Assembly: GCA_963816355.1 (NCBI GenBank)
Contig: CAWFKH010000004.1
Coordinates: 32,001 to 96,000, forward strand
DNA length: 64,000 nt
From: an uncultured Gemmatimonadales bacterium
GTDB lineage: Bacteria; Gemmatimonadota; Gemmatimonadetes; Longimicrobiales; RSA9
Reading direction: 5' to 3'
The notes beneath the pieces were generated by a model. The model searched no databases and had not been told where the DNA came from. It was given only the letters and a program-made list of their open reading frames with translations. The first letter of the stretch is position 1. The number at the start of each line of letters is the position of its first letter. The position numbers and the translations under genes are program-made. Below, in pieces: positions 18,115 through 29,119 of this stretch.

Positions 18115-19125
18115 TCAGGCGCGGTCGCGCGCCGCGGCGCCCTCGCCATCGCGCGCGGCGCTCGCGGCGGCGGGGGCGGGCGGCATCTGCGCCTCGCCCC
18201 AGTAGAACGTCGTGTGCGGGAACGGGATCTCGATCCCCTCGGCGTCGAAGCGGTTCTTGATGCGGCGTCGCATCTCGCGAGCGACCGACCACTGCTTCTG
18301 CGGCAGCGTCTTGGAGAGGAGGCGGATGACGACGGCGGAGTCCGCGAACTGGTCGAGGCCGGCGATCTCGACGTCCTCCATCATGAGCGGCCCCCACTCC
18401 GGATCGGCGCGCATCTCGGCGCCGATCTCGCGCAGCACGTCCATGACGCGATCGACGTCCTCCTTGTAGGCGACGCCGATGTCGAGGACGGCGCGGGACC
18501 ACCCCTTCGTCATGTTGCTGAGGATCTCGATCTGGCCGTTCGGCACCACGTGCACGACGCCTTGCAGGTCGCGCAGGATGGTGGTGCGCAGGTTGATCCG
18601 CTCGACGAGGCCGGCGATGTCGCCGATACGCACCACGTCCCCCACCGCGTACTGCCCCTCCATGATGATCATGGCGCCGGAGATGATGTCCTTCACCAGC
18701 GACTGCGCGCCGAAAGAGACGGCGAGGCTGAGGATGCCGGCGGTCGCGAGGAGCGGACCGATGTCTATGCCGAAGTTGGTCAGGACGAGGAGGAACGCGA
18801 CGAGCGCGATCGCGACGGCCGCGACGTTGTTGAGCAGGCCCGCGACGGTCTGGGCGCGCTGCTCGCGCACCCGCTTGAGGACGGGATCCTCGTCGTGCGC
18901 CTCGCGGCGGCTGAGGCGGCCGGTGAAGACGCGCATGACGCGGTAGACGAGCACGGCCCCCAGCACGATCACGGCGGCGCGGATCAGGCCGAGCGCGATC
19001 ATCTGCGGGTCGAAGAGACGGCCCCAGTCGACGATCGCGTGCCTCAGCGTGTCCGCCTGCGCCGTCGCGGCCTGCTGCGCCTGCTGGAGCGGAGTCTGCA
19101 GGAGGGGAATCGCCCGCGGCGTCAT
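18115..19125 (-). CDS. Small-conductance mechanosensitive channel (MscS/YbiO-like)
   Basis: LAVSFGAQSLVKDIISG, GLVERINLRTT, VPNGQI, GIEIPFP; ATG at 19125. Confidence 0.92.
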   Translation of the reverse strand: MTPRAIPLLQTPLQQAQQAATAQADTLRHAIVDWGRLFDPQMIALGLIRAAVIVLGAVLVYRVMRVFTGRLSRREAHDEDPVLKRVREQRAQTVAGLLNNVAAVAIALVAFLLVLTNFGIDIGPLLATAGILSLAVSFGAQSLVKDIISGAMIIMEGQYAVGDVVRIGDIAGLVERINLRTTILRDLQGVVHVVPNGQIEILSNMTKGWSRAVLDIGVAYKEDVDRVMDVLREIGAEMRADPEWGPLMMEDVEIAGLDQFADSAVVIRLLSKTLPQKQWSVAREMRRRIKNRFDAEGIEIPFPHTTFYWGEAQMPPAPAAASAARDGEGAAARDRA

Positions 19126-19556
19126 CGCATGAGGCGGATCTGGGTGACCCTCCAGTCGCCGTTCTCCTCGACGAGCCCGACGAACACGCGCGTCGGCTCG
19201 GCGACCGTCGAGCCGCGCATGCGCACGATCCACGCGATCTCCGCGTACGCACGCGCCGGCTGCCCGCCGGTGACTTCGACCTCCGCCGTGCGCACCGAGA
19301 GCGTCTCCATGTCGTCGAAGACGCGGCGCAGCACCGCGGCCGCCTGCCGCGGCGAGAGCGGCCCCATCGGACCGCCGCGCATCTCGAGCGAGACGCCGGC
19401 GCGCGCGGCGTGGCGGATCACCGCGCCGGCGTCGCCGCGGCGCCAGGAGACGGCGATGCCGTCGACCACCTGCCGCAGGCGGAGCTGGCGCTGCTGCGCG
19501 GCGGCGGGCGCGGCCGCCACGAGCACCGTCAGGACGGCGAGGAGGACGCGCCTCAT
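19122..19556 (-). CDS. Secreted hypothetical protein (possibly NTF2/DUF4783-like)
   Basis: Signal peptide MRRVLLAVLTVLVAAAPAAA-Q; ATGA overlaps with pyrF and mscS; C-terminal beta-strand pattern. Confidence 0.7.
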   Translation of the reverse strand: MRRVLLAVLTVLVAAAPAAAQQRQLRLRQVVDGIAVSWRRGDAGAVIRHAARAGVSLEMRGGPMGPLSPRQAAAVLRRVFDDMETLSVRTAEVEVTGGQPARAYAEIAWIVRMRGSTVAEPTRVFVGLVEENGDWRVTQIRLMR

Positions 19557-20260
19557 TCGGCAGGCTGGAGGGCCGAGGTCATCTCGTCGCGCAGCCGCTC
19601 GACGACGCCCGCGGGATCCGGCGCCTGGTACACCGGCCGGCCGACGACGAGGTAGTCCGAGCCGGCGCGCACGGCGTCCGCCGGCGTCGCCACGCGCACC
19701 TGGTCGGCCGCGTCGCCGTCGGAGGGGCGGATGCCGGGCGTCACCACGAGGAAGTCGGCGCCATGGCGTCGCTTGAGCGCCTCCACCTCGAGCGCGGAAG
19801 CGACCACGCCGTCGAGCCCGGCGGAGGCGGCGAGCGTCGCGAGACGGGCCACCTCCTCGCGCAGCGAGCGCAGCTCCTTGCCCCACACTTCCAGCACGTC
19901 CTCCGCGGTGAAGGAGGTGAGCAGGGTGACGCCGACGACGCGCGTGCGGCCCTCCCCGGCGGCAGCGCGCGCGGCGCGCATCATCGCGACGCCGCCCGCG
20001 GCGTGCACGGTGAGCAGGTCGACGCCGTGCGCCGCAGCGGCTTCGACCGCGCGCGAGACGGTGTTCGGGATGTCGTGATACTTCAGGTCGAGGAACACGC
20101 GCTTGCCGGCGTCGCGGAGGCGGCGCACGACGTCCGGGCCGCCCGCGGTGAAGAGGTGGGCGCCCACCTTGTAGAAGCCGACCGCGTCGCCGAGCCGCCG
20201 CACGAGGCGGTCGGCCTCGCCCGGCGTCGGGAGGTCGAGTGCGATGATGATCTCAGCCAT
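19553..20260 (-). CDS. pyrF: Orotidine-5'-phosphate decarboxylase
   Basis: IIALD, FLDLKYHDIPNTV, TVHAAGG, VTPGIRP, VVGRP. Confidence 0.97.
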   Translation of the reverse strand: MAEIIIALDLPTPGEADRLVRRLGDAVGFYKVGAHLFTAGGPDVVRRLRDAGKRVFLDLKYHDIPNTVSRAVEAAAAHGVDLLTVHAAGGVAMMRAARAAAGEGRTRVVGVTLLTSFTAEDVLEVWGKELRSLREEVARLATLAASAGLDGVVASALEVEALKRRHGADFLVVTPGIRPSDGDAADQVRVATPADAVRAGSDYLVVGRPVYQAPDPAGVVERLRDEMTSALQPAE

Positions 20261-20281
20261 GGCTTCCCGATTGGCGCCCCA

Positions 20282-21235
20282 TCAGGTCGGTGTCCCGCTG
20301 CCCGTGATGCCCGCTCCCACGAGCTCACCCACGTGACCGACGGCGTGGCGGCGTAGGTATCGGTCGAGGCCGTTCAATACACGGTGCGCGGCGCGAGGAT
20401 CCGCGAATCCCGCGGTCCCGATCTGCACCAGCGACGCGCCCGCGAGGAGGTACTGGAGGGCGTCCTCGGCGCCGCGGACGCCGCCCACGCCCACGACCGG
20501 CACGTCCACGCGCCGGCGTACGGACCACACCGCGTGCACGCCCATCGGCAGCACCGCCGGTCCGCTCACGCCGCCGGTGCCCGCGCCGAGCAGCGCGCGT
20601 CGCGACTCGACGTCGAAGAGCAGGCCCGGAAAGGTGTTGATGACGGTGATGCCGTCCGCCCCGGCGGCGACGGCGACCTCGGCGGCGTGCGCCACGTCCG
20701 GCAGGTTCGGCGCGAGCTTGGCGAGCAGCGGCCGCCGCGTGACCGCGCGGCACTGCGCGACGACCTCGCGCAGCAGATCGTCGCGCGCGCAGAAGATCGC
20801 GCCGCCCTCCTTCACGTTGGGACACGACACGTTCAGCTCGAAGCCGAGGAAGCCGGGCTCCGGATCCAAGCGCGCCACAACGCCCGGATAGTCCTCCACC
20901 CTCTTCCCCGCCACGTTCACCAGCACCTGCGCGCGCGCGACATGCGCCGCCAGCCACGGCAGCGCGTCCGAGCGGAACGCCTCCACCCCTACGTTCGCCA
21001 GGCCGACCGAGTTCAGCATTCCCGCCGAGAACTCCGCCACGCGCAGCGGCGCGTTGCCGGCGCGCGGCTCCGGCGTGATCGCCTTCGTGACCAGGCCGCC
21101 CAGCGACTCCAGGTCTACGACCTCCGCCAGCTCGCGCCCGTAGCCGCACGTGCCGGCGGCGAGCAGCACCGGATTCTGGAAATCCACGCCGAAGAGGCGT
21201 TGCGTCAGCCGGTCGGCGCCCGCGCTCGCGCTCAC
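20282..21235 (-). CDS. pyrD: Dihydroorotate dehydrogenase, family 1
   Basis: NPVLLAAGTCG, MLNSVGLAN, ELNVSCPN, KLAPN, INT, GGVSGPA; GTG at 21235 overlaps the amidase stop. Confidence 0.95.
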   Translation of the reverse strand: MSASAGADRLTQRLFGVDFQNPVLLAAGTCGYGRELAEVVDLESLGGLVTKAITPEPRAGNAPLRVAEFSAGMLNSVGLANVGVEAFRSDALPWLAAHVARAQVLVNVAGKRVEDYPGVVARLDPEPGFLGFELNVSCPNVKEGGAIFCARDDLLREVVAQCRAVTRRPLLAKLAPNLPDVAHAAEVAVAAGADGITVINTFPGLLFDVESRRALLGAGTGGVSGPAVLPMGVHAVWSVRRRVDVPVVGVGGVRGAEDALQYLLAGASLVQIGTAGFADPRAAHRVLNGLDRYLRRHAVGHVGELVGAGITGSGTPT

Positions 21236-22525
21236 CGGCCGCCGGCGCTCACCCACAGGTGCTCGTGCCGGTCGAAGAAGCGGTCGATCGCATCCCCGAT
21301 CGCGAGCGCGAGCTTCTGCTGGAAACCGTCGGTCGCGAGGAGCCGCTCCTCCGCGCGGTCGGAGATGAACGCCGTCTCGACCAGCACCGCCGGCATGAAA
21401 GCGCCCACGAGCACCCGGAAGCCCGCCTGCTTGACGCCGCGGTTCGGGCCGGGATGGAAGCCGGCGAGCTCGCGCTGCACCTCCTCGGCGAGGTCGTCGG
21501 AGGCGTGCACGTAGAAGTCGTTGCGCAGCCCATTGAGGATCTGGCCGACGTCGTCCCCCGCCGCCTGCGCGGGCCGCTCCTCGTACGCCACCGCCGCGTT
21601 CTCCATCTCCGCCACGCGGCGCTCGTCGTCCGTGCGCGCGTCGGAGAGGAAGTACGTCTCGAACCCCTCGGCCGAGCCGCGGTACGCGTTGGCGTGGATC
21701 GAGACGAAGAGCGCCGCGGGCCGCCCGTTCTTCCACCGGTTCGCCATGCGCGGCCGGTCCGCCAGCGCGATCAGCGTGTCCGTCGTGCGCGTCATCCGCA
21801 CCTCGTAGCCACGCTCGCGCAGCGCCGTCGCCAGCCGCTTCGCGATCGCCAGCGTCACGTCCTTCTCGCGCACCCCATCCGGCCCCACCTTGCCCGGATC
21901 GCGGCCGCCGTGCCCCGCATCCACCACGACGAGGCGCGTGTCCTCCGGCTTCGGCGTCCTGGCCGCCGGCGCGGGCTTCGAAGCCGCGGCCACCGGCGCG
22001 CGCCCGGCCGCGCGTCCGGCGCAGCACCCCCGCCGCCGGCGCCGCGCCGCCGCCCACGACCAGCGCGCCGCCCCTCACCGCGACGCGGTCCGGATGCAGC
22101 GACGGCAGCCAGGAGAGCAGCAGCGCCGCCGGCCAGTACCCGCGGCCGTCGCGCACGTAGTACGGCTGCGGCAGCTGCGCCAGCCTGCCGTCGGCGCGGA
22201 AGAACGGCGAGAGGTCCTCGAAGACCAGCGTGTCGCCGAAGACGACGACGCTCGTCCGCGTCCCCGTCGCGCGGATCCGCGCGCCGAGCGCTTCCAGCGC
22301 CTCCGCCGGGTACGCCACCCAGCCGCGCGCGTCCTCGCCGGCGACGGTGAGGGCCCCCTCGTTCGTCTCGATGCGCAGCGCGGGCGGGGCCGCGGGCGCG
22401 GCGGGTCGCGCCTCGGGTCGCGCCGCGGGCGCCGGGAGCGCGGCGGCCGGGGTCGAGGCGAGCGCGGCGGCGGTGGTCGAGGCGAGCGCGGCGGCGCACA
22501 GGAGCGGGAGCAGCGTCGCCCTCAC
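21232..22525 (-). pseudogene. N-acetylmuramoyl-L-alanine amidase (Amidase_3) interrupted by a frameshift near 21995-22035 (real or assembly error)
   Basis: Signal-peptide N-terminus starts at GTG 22525 (overlapping the smpB stop) in one frame; the catalytic domain (VDAGHGG, EKDVTL, SIHANA, LVETAFIS) is in another frame, 21232..21993. The 1294-nt span is not divisible by 3. Confidence 0.75.
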
Positions 22526-22998
22526 TGGCCGAGCTCCTTGAAGGCGCGCTCGACGTCGCGCTCGGACGCGCGTTTCTTCAGCTCCTCGCGGCGGTCGCGG
22601 TGACGGCGGCCGCGGGCGAGGGCGAGCGTGATCTTGGCGACGCCGCGGCGGAAGTAGAGGTCGAGCGGGACGAGCGTGAGCCCCTTTTCCTGGACGGAGC
22701 CGATGAGGCGGCGGATCTCGCGCTTCTGGAGCAGCAGCTTCCGCGTTCGGATGGGGTCCGCGACGTTCCACAGGGAGGCCGGGCCGTACGGGCTGATGTG
22801 CATGTTGTGCAGCCACACCTCGCCGTTCTCGACGCGCGCGTAGGCGTCGCCGAGGTTCGCCTTCCCCTCGCGCAGCGACTTCACCTCCGGGCCGCGCAGC
22901 ACCAGACCCGCCTCGAAGCGCTCCAGGATCTCGTAGTCGTGGAGCGCCTTGCGGTTGCGCGCGACGACCTTGCGCCCGTCCTTCTCCGCCCCGCTCAT
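22522..22998 (-). CDS. smpB: SsrA-binding protein
   Basis: NRKALHDY, EAGLVLRGPEVKSLR, RTRKLLL, GLTLVPLDLYF. Confidence 0.97.
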   Translation of the reverse strand: MSGAEKDGRKVVARNRKALHDYEILERFEAGLVLRGPEVKSLREGKANLGDAYARVENGEVWLHNMHISPYGPASLWNVADPIRTRKLLLQKREIRRLIGSVQEKGLTLVPLDLYFRRGVAKITLALARGRRHRDRREELKKRASERDVERAFKELGQ

Positions 22999-23005
22999 GC
23001 CCTCC

Positions 23006-23968
23006 TCACCGCAGGCGCTCCTTCTGTCTGCGCCGGATCCGCTGCATCGCCGAAACCTGCGCGATCTCGCCGCCGAGGACGAACACCACCGACGTGTAAT
23101 AGATCCACAGGACGAGGATCATCAGCGTGGCGAGGTTGCCGTACGTGGAGCCGTAGTCGGCGACGCTCGCGACGTACCAGCTGAACGCCTCCTTCAGCAC
23201 TTCGGTGAAGAGCGCCGTGAAGGTCGCCGCGGTCAGCGACGTGCGCCACGACGTGCGCCGCGCCGGCAGGTACCGGTAGACCAGCACGAACGTCATCCAC
23301 AGGAAGAAGAGCGCGACCGCGCGGGTCCACAGGAGCTGAAAGAACGAGATCTGGCCCTCGGCCGCGCCCAGCACGCCCAGCACGTTGAAGCCCGCCTTCG
23401 CCACGATCTGCAGCCCCACCGTGAGCGTGACGTTCACCGCGAAGAGCAGCCCCGCCACCACGACCATGCGCGCATCGAAGATCTTGCCGGCGATGATGCC
23501 GCGGTCGCGATGCACGTCGAACACGTGCCGCAGCGCGCTGCGCAGGGTGCCGATCAGGCGCGTCGCGAGCCAGATGAAGACGACCGTGCCGATGCCGATC
23601 ACCTTGGACGCGCCGGCGATCAGGCCGTCGAACCAGTCGCCCACGACCGCCCGCTGCTGAGCGCCGAGCGGCGGCAGCATGTCCAGGATGATCTGCTCCA
23701 GGCGGCTGGCCGGATCGGTGGTGTAGAAACGCAGCACCACGCCCGCGATCGCGAGCGTGGCGAGGATCAGCGGCACGATCGCCACCACCACGTTGAAGGC
23801 GATCGCGCCGGCGAGGAAGAAGATGTCGTCCTCGCCGCCCTTTTCGTAGACTCGCTTGAAGAAGCGCCCCGTGCGCGCCCAGATGCGGCGAGCCGCGCCT
23901 CGACGCGGCGCCGCTCGCTCCCGCCGCCCGGCCGCGTCGGGCGCGGGCGCTCGAACCGGCTCGGGCAT
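23006..23968 (-). CDS. YihY/virulence factor BrkB family membrane protein
   Basis: AGAIAF, YRYLP, YGSTYGNLATLMILVLWIYY...LGGEI; multi-TM. Confidence 0.9.
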   Translation of the reverse strand: MPEPVRAPAPDAAGRRERAAPRRGAARRIWARTGRFFKRVYEKGGEDDIFFLAGAIAFNVVVAIVPLILATLAIAGVVLRFYTTDPASRLEQIILDMLPPLGAQQRAVVGDWFDGLIAGASKVIGIGTVVFIWLATRLIGTLRSALRHVFDVHRDRGIIAGKIFDARMVVVAGLLFAVNVTLTVGLQIVAKAGFNVLGVLGAAEGQISFFQLLWTRAVALFFLWMTFVLVYRYLPARRTSWRTSLTAATFTALFTEVLKEAFSWYVASVADYGSTYGNLATLMILVLWIYYTSVVFVLGGEIAQVSAMQRIRRRQKERLR

Positions 23969-23985
23969 CGGCGGCTAGCGCCGGC

Positions 23986-24438
23986 TCAATCGGTGGGCTC
24001 CGAACCGTCCCCTGCCGACTCCGCCTCGGCCGCCTCGGCGACGTCGCCGCGCGCGCGCTGCGACTCGTACTCCGAGCGCACGGCAGCGCGCGTCTCGTCG
24101 ACGCGGCGGCGCACATCGTCGCGCGTCTGCCGCGCGGCGCGGCGGCCGCTCTCCACGCCGGCGTCGAAGGCGCTCCGCGCGGCGGAGACGCGCGTGTCCA
24201 TCTCGCCCCGCACGTCGGAGACGGTCTCCTCGAGCGTCGAGCGGAAGTCCCGCACGGCGCCGTCCGCGCGGTCGCGGAGCCGCTCCAGCGTGCCGCGAAG
24301 CTGACGCCGCGTCTCCTCGCCCGCCCGCGGCGCGTAGAGCAACAACGCGGCCGCGCCGATCAACGCTCCCCACAGGAACGGACCGACCGAACCGCCCTTC
24401 TCCACCACTACGTACGAGACCTCATCGTTGTCCGGCAT
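23986..24438 (-). CDS. YtxH domain-containing protein
   Basis: FLWGALIGAAALLLYAPRAGEETR followed by a helical region. Confidence 0.88.
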   Translation of the reverse strand: MPDNDEVSYVVVEKGGSVGPFLWGALIGAAALLLYAPRAGEETRRQLRGTLERLRDRADGAVRDFRSTLEETVSDVRGEMDTRVSAARSAFDAGVESGRRAARQTRDDVRRRVDETRAAVRSEYESQRARGDVAEAAEAESAGDGSEPTD

Positions 24439-24480
24439 GCGCGACTCCCTTTCCGACGGCAGTGGCGCCCGGGCGCAGCG

Positions 24481-26022
<1,542 letters not shown>

Positions 26023-26110
26023 ACGGCCGTGCCCGTCCTCCCATTGCGGATGCGTAGGCGGCGCGCGGATGCCGCGCCGAGTGGAAGGTACCCTTCACCG
26101 CGGCAAAGGG

Positions 26111-26833
26111 TCAAGGGCTCGTATGTCTAGGAAACGCAAGCACAAACGACGTCCCCCAGCCCGTTCCCGCCTCGCTCTCGAGACGCAGCTCGCCGCCGTT
26201 CTCCGCGGCGATCGCGCGCGCGACCGCGAGGCCGTATCCGTCGGGGCCAGCCCCGTCCGCAACGCCCGCCTCGCCCAGCCGGCCGGCGACCTCCGGCGCG
26301 ACGCCCGGCCCGCTGCCGCGCACCCGCACAAGCGCCTCCGCCTCCGTGCGCTCGCAGTCGATGCGCACGCGGCCGCCCTCGCCGCCCACCGCCTCGATCG
26401 CGTTCACGAAGAGGTTCAGCACCGCGTGCCGCAACCCGACGGGGTCGACGCGGACGCGGCAGTCGTCGCCCGCCGGAGTGCGGGCCAGGTCGACGCGCTT
26501 CACGTGCGCCTCCGCCTCGAGAACCGGGAGCAGCTCCTCGATCACGGCGTCCAGCTCCGGCGAGGAGGCGGCCGCGCGCGCGGGCCGCAGCAGGCGCAAC
26601 AGCGAGTCCATCAGACGGTGCACACGATGGATCTCGTTCTCCACCACCGCGATCCGATTCTCGCACTCGTCGATGTCGCCGTCCACGGCGCGGCGCCGCA
26701 CCAGCTCGAGGTTGATCACCATCGCGTGGAGCGGGTTCTTCACCTCGTGGCTGAGGTCGTCGGCGAGACGGCCGACGACATCGAGGCGGTTGGCCCGGAT
26801 CTGCAGCGCATCCGGTAACGTGTCCGATCGCAT
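26111..26833 (-). CDS. Histidine kinase (HisKA + HATPase_c) with no sensor domain
   Basis: SHEVKNPL H-box, NLFVNAIEA N-box, degenerate G boxes; start at ATG 26833 (GGAG upstream) or 26839. Confidence 0.85.
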   Translation of the reverse strand: MRSDTLPDALQIRANRLDVVGRLADDLSHEVKNPLHAMVINLELVRRRAVDGDIDECENRIAVVENEIHRVHRLMDSLLRLLRPARAAASSPELDAVIEELLPVLEAEAHVKRVDLARTPAGDDCRVRVDPVGLRHAVLNLFVNAIEAVGGEGGRVRIDCERTEAEALVRVRGSGPGVAPEVAGRLGEAGVADGAGPDGYGLAVARAIAAENGGELRLESEAGTGWGTSFVLAFPRHTSP

Positions 26834-26899
26834 GGTCATGCTCCGTTCGCGGACGGGGCGGTGCGTCGCGTCGGGGGAGGAGCGTGCGGGGTGCAACTT

Positions 26900-27754
26900 C
26901 TATTCCTCGCGGCGGCGCGGGTCCGGTTCGGCTTCCTCGCCGACCCGCCTCCAGTAGAGCTCCGCCAGCTTCAGCGCGGCGGCGCCCGGCGCCGGGAGCT
27001 CCCTTCCGTCGAGCGAACGAATCGGCACCACGCCGAGCGACGTCATGGTGGCGAAGACCTCGTCCGCTGCGTCCAGCTCCGCGCGCTCCCAACCGCCCTC
27101 CTCCGCCACGTAGCCGGCGGCGCCGGCCAGATCGAGCACGGCCGCGCGCGTGACGCCGGCGAGCACGCCCGCCTCCAGCCCCGGCGTGCGCAGCCGATCG
27201 CCCGCGCGCCAGAAGACGTTCCACGACGGCCCCTCCGTCACGCGGCCGGCGCGGTCGAGGAGGAGCGCGTCGTCGGCGCCGGCGGCGCGGGCGCGCAGCC
27301 GCGCCAGCAGGCCGTGCAGGCGGCCGGGCGTCTTGATCTGCGGCGGCACCGCGCCCGGGTCCGGGTGCCGCACCTCCGACGTCACGACCCGCCATCCGGC
27401 CCGGGCGCGCTCGCGCCAGTCGGGCGGCAGGACCTCCACGGCGATGTAGAGCGCGCCGGCGCGCGCGGCCGGGGCGCCGGGCGTGGCGACGACGCGCACG
27501 ACGGCCTGGCGCGCGTCGTTGCGCGCGACGGCCTCGCGGACGAGGCGGGCGAGGTCTTCGGCGGGGGGGAGCGGGACGGCGAGCGCGCGGGCGCTCTCCG
27601 CCAGGCGGCCGAGGTGCACGTGCAGTCGGAAGGTGCGCGCGTCGTACACGCGGACGGTCTCGAAGACGGCGTGACCGCCGAGGAAGCCGGCGTCGCCGAC
27701 CGGCACGGCGGGCGCCGCCGCCTCGACCCAGCGGCCGTTCGCGTACGCGATCAA
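26900..27754 (-). CDS. Class IV PLP aminotransferase (IlvE/PabC-like)
   Basis: GHAVFETVR, HLGRLAESA, QIKT, TEGPSWNVF, LAGVTR, ADEVF; TTG start. Confidence 0.9.
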   Translation of the reverse strand: MIAYANGRWVEAAAPAVPVGDAGFLGGHAVFETVRVYDARTFRLHVHLGRLAESARALAVPLPPAEDLARLVREAVARNDARQAVVRVVATPGAPAARAGALYIAVEVLPPDWRERARAGWRVVTSEVRHPDPGAVPPQIKTPGRLHGLLARLRARAAGADDALLLDRAGRVTEGPSWNVFWRAGDRLRTPGLEAGVLAGVTRAAVLDLAGAAGYVAEEGGWERAELDAADEVFATMTSLGVVPIRSLDGRELPAPGAAALKLAELYWRRVGEEAEPDPRRREE

Positions 27755-27761
27755 CGGCGCC

Positions 27762-29114
27762 TCAGAAGCCCTCGCGGCCCATCAGGGCGTAGGTGAGCCG
27801 CTTGCCCAGCTCGACGCCAGGCTGGTCGAGCGGGTCGACGTCGTAGAGCTCGCCGGCGTAGACGGTCGCGATCTGCAGCATCATGAAGAGCTGGCCGAGG
27901 GCGTGGGCGGACAGCTCGGGCAGCTCGATGGTCATGTTCATGCGGCCGTTGGCGGCGAGCGCGCCCGCGGTCGCGGTGCGCTCGGCGTGGAGCAGCGTGC
28001 CGAGCGTCTTTCCGCCGAGGTAGGCGAGCGCGTCGATCTCCGGGTACTGGTCCGGCGGGATCGCGACGTCCTCACCCGCCTTCGCGACGGTGAGGAAGGT
28101 GATCGTCTTGTCGAACGGCCCTTCCACGTAGAGCTGCGCCTGCGAGTGCTGGTCGGTGGCGCCGAGCGCCTTCACCGGCGTCGGTCCGCGGAACACCTCC
28201 CTGCCCTGCCGGTCGAGGCGCTTGCCGAGGCTCTCCGCCCACAACTGGCGGAACCAGTCCGCCAGCCCCAGCAGTCGGTCGCCGTAGGCCATCATCACGT
28301 GGATGTGGGCTCCGTGGTCGGCGTCCGCCATGTGCTGCAGCAGCGCGTAGCGCGCCGCTGGATTCTCCGCGATGCGCGGACTCTCGCACCGCTCGACCAT
28401 CGCGCGGGCGCCGTCGAGCAGTGCCCCGACGTCGATGCCGACGAGCGCGGCGGGCAGCAGGCCCACGGCGGAGAGCACGCTGAAGCGGCCGCCCACGTTC
28501 GGCGGCACCGGCACGGAGGCGATCCCCTCCTGGTGGGCGAGGCGGCGAAGCACGCCCTTCTCCGGGTCGGTCGTGAAGACGACGTGGCGCCGGTAGGCCT
28601 CCTCGCCGAGCTCGCGGATCAGCCGGTCCCGCACGACGAGGAACTGCGCCATCGTCTCCGCCGTCGCGCCGGACTTGCTGACGACATCGAAGAGCGTGCG
28701 GCCGAGCGGCAGGCGCTCCAGCACGGGACCCACGGTGGCGGGGTCCACGTTGTCGAGCACGTAGAGGCGCGGGTAGTAGTCGCGGCCCTCGTCGTCCAGC
28801 TCGTTCCAGAAGGGCGGCAGCAGCGCCCGCTGCAACGCGATCGTGCCGAGCGCGGAGCCGCCGATGCCGAGCACGACGACGGCGTCGTTGGCCTGCCCGA
28901 TGCCGTCCGCGAAGCGGCGGATCTGATCGACCACGTCGCGGTGCTCGGGGAGGTCGTAGAAGCCGATCTCGCCGGCGTCGCGGCGGCGGCGCACGGCGTC
29001 GTGAGCTTGGCGGAGGCGGTCGGCGGCGGCGGCGAGCGCGGCGGGGTCGAGGCCGCGTCCGCCGAGGTTCGGCGCGAGCATGTTGTCGTGGTCCAGACGG
29101 ATCGCTTCCGGCAT
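27762..29114 (-). CDS. pgi: Glucose-6-phosphate isomerase
   Basis: LGIGGSALG, SKSGATAET, VGGRFSVL, QLWAESLGK, GATDQHSQ, DQPGVELGK; ATG at 29114. Confidence 0.96.
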   Translation of the reverse strand: MPEAIRLDHDNMLAPNLGGRGLDPAALAAAADRLRQAHDAVRRRRDAGEIGFYDLPEHRDVVDQIRRFADGIGQANDAVVVLGIGGSALGTIALQRALLPPFWNELDDEGRDYYPRLYVLDNVDPATVGPVLERLPLGRTLFDVVSKSGATAETMAQFLVVRDRLIRELGEEAYRRHVVFTTDPEKGVLRRLAHQEGIASVPVPPNVGGRFSVLSAVGLLPAALVGIDVGALLDGARAMVERCESPRIAENPAARYALLQHMADADHGAHIHVMMAYGDRLLGLADWFRQLWAESLGKRLDRQGREVFRGPTPVKALGATDQHSQAQLYVEGPFDKTITFLTVAKAGEDVAIPPDQYPEIDALAYLGGKTLGTLLHAERTATAGALAANGRMNMTIELPELSAHALGQLFMMLQIATVYAGELYDVDPLDQPGVELGKRLTYALMGREGF

Positions 29115-29119
29115 TTCGC

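Noticed and set aside
20282..22816. 844-aa ORF suggesting a secreted domain fused to PyrD
   Set aside because: Produced by the amidase frameshift plus stop-poor shadow reading; pyrD has its own GTG overlapping the amidase stop.
22522..22998. tmRNA gene near smpB
   Set aside because: No tmRNA-like ends seen; both flanks are occupied by tightly packed CDSs.
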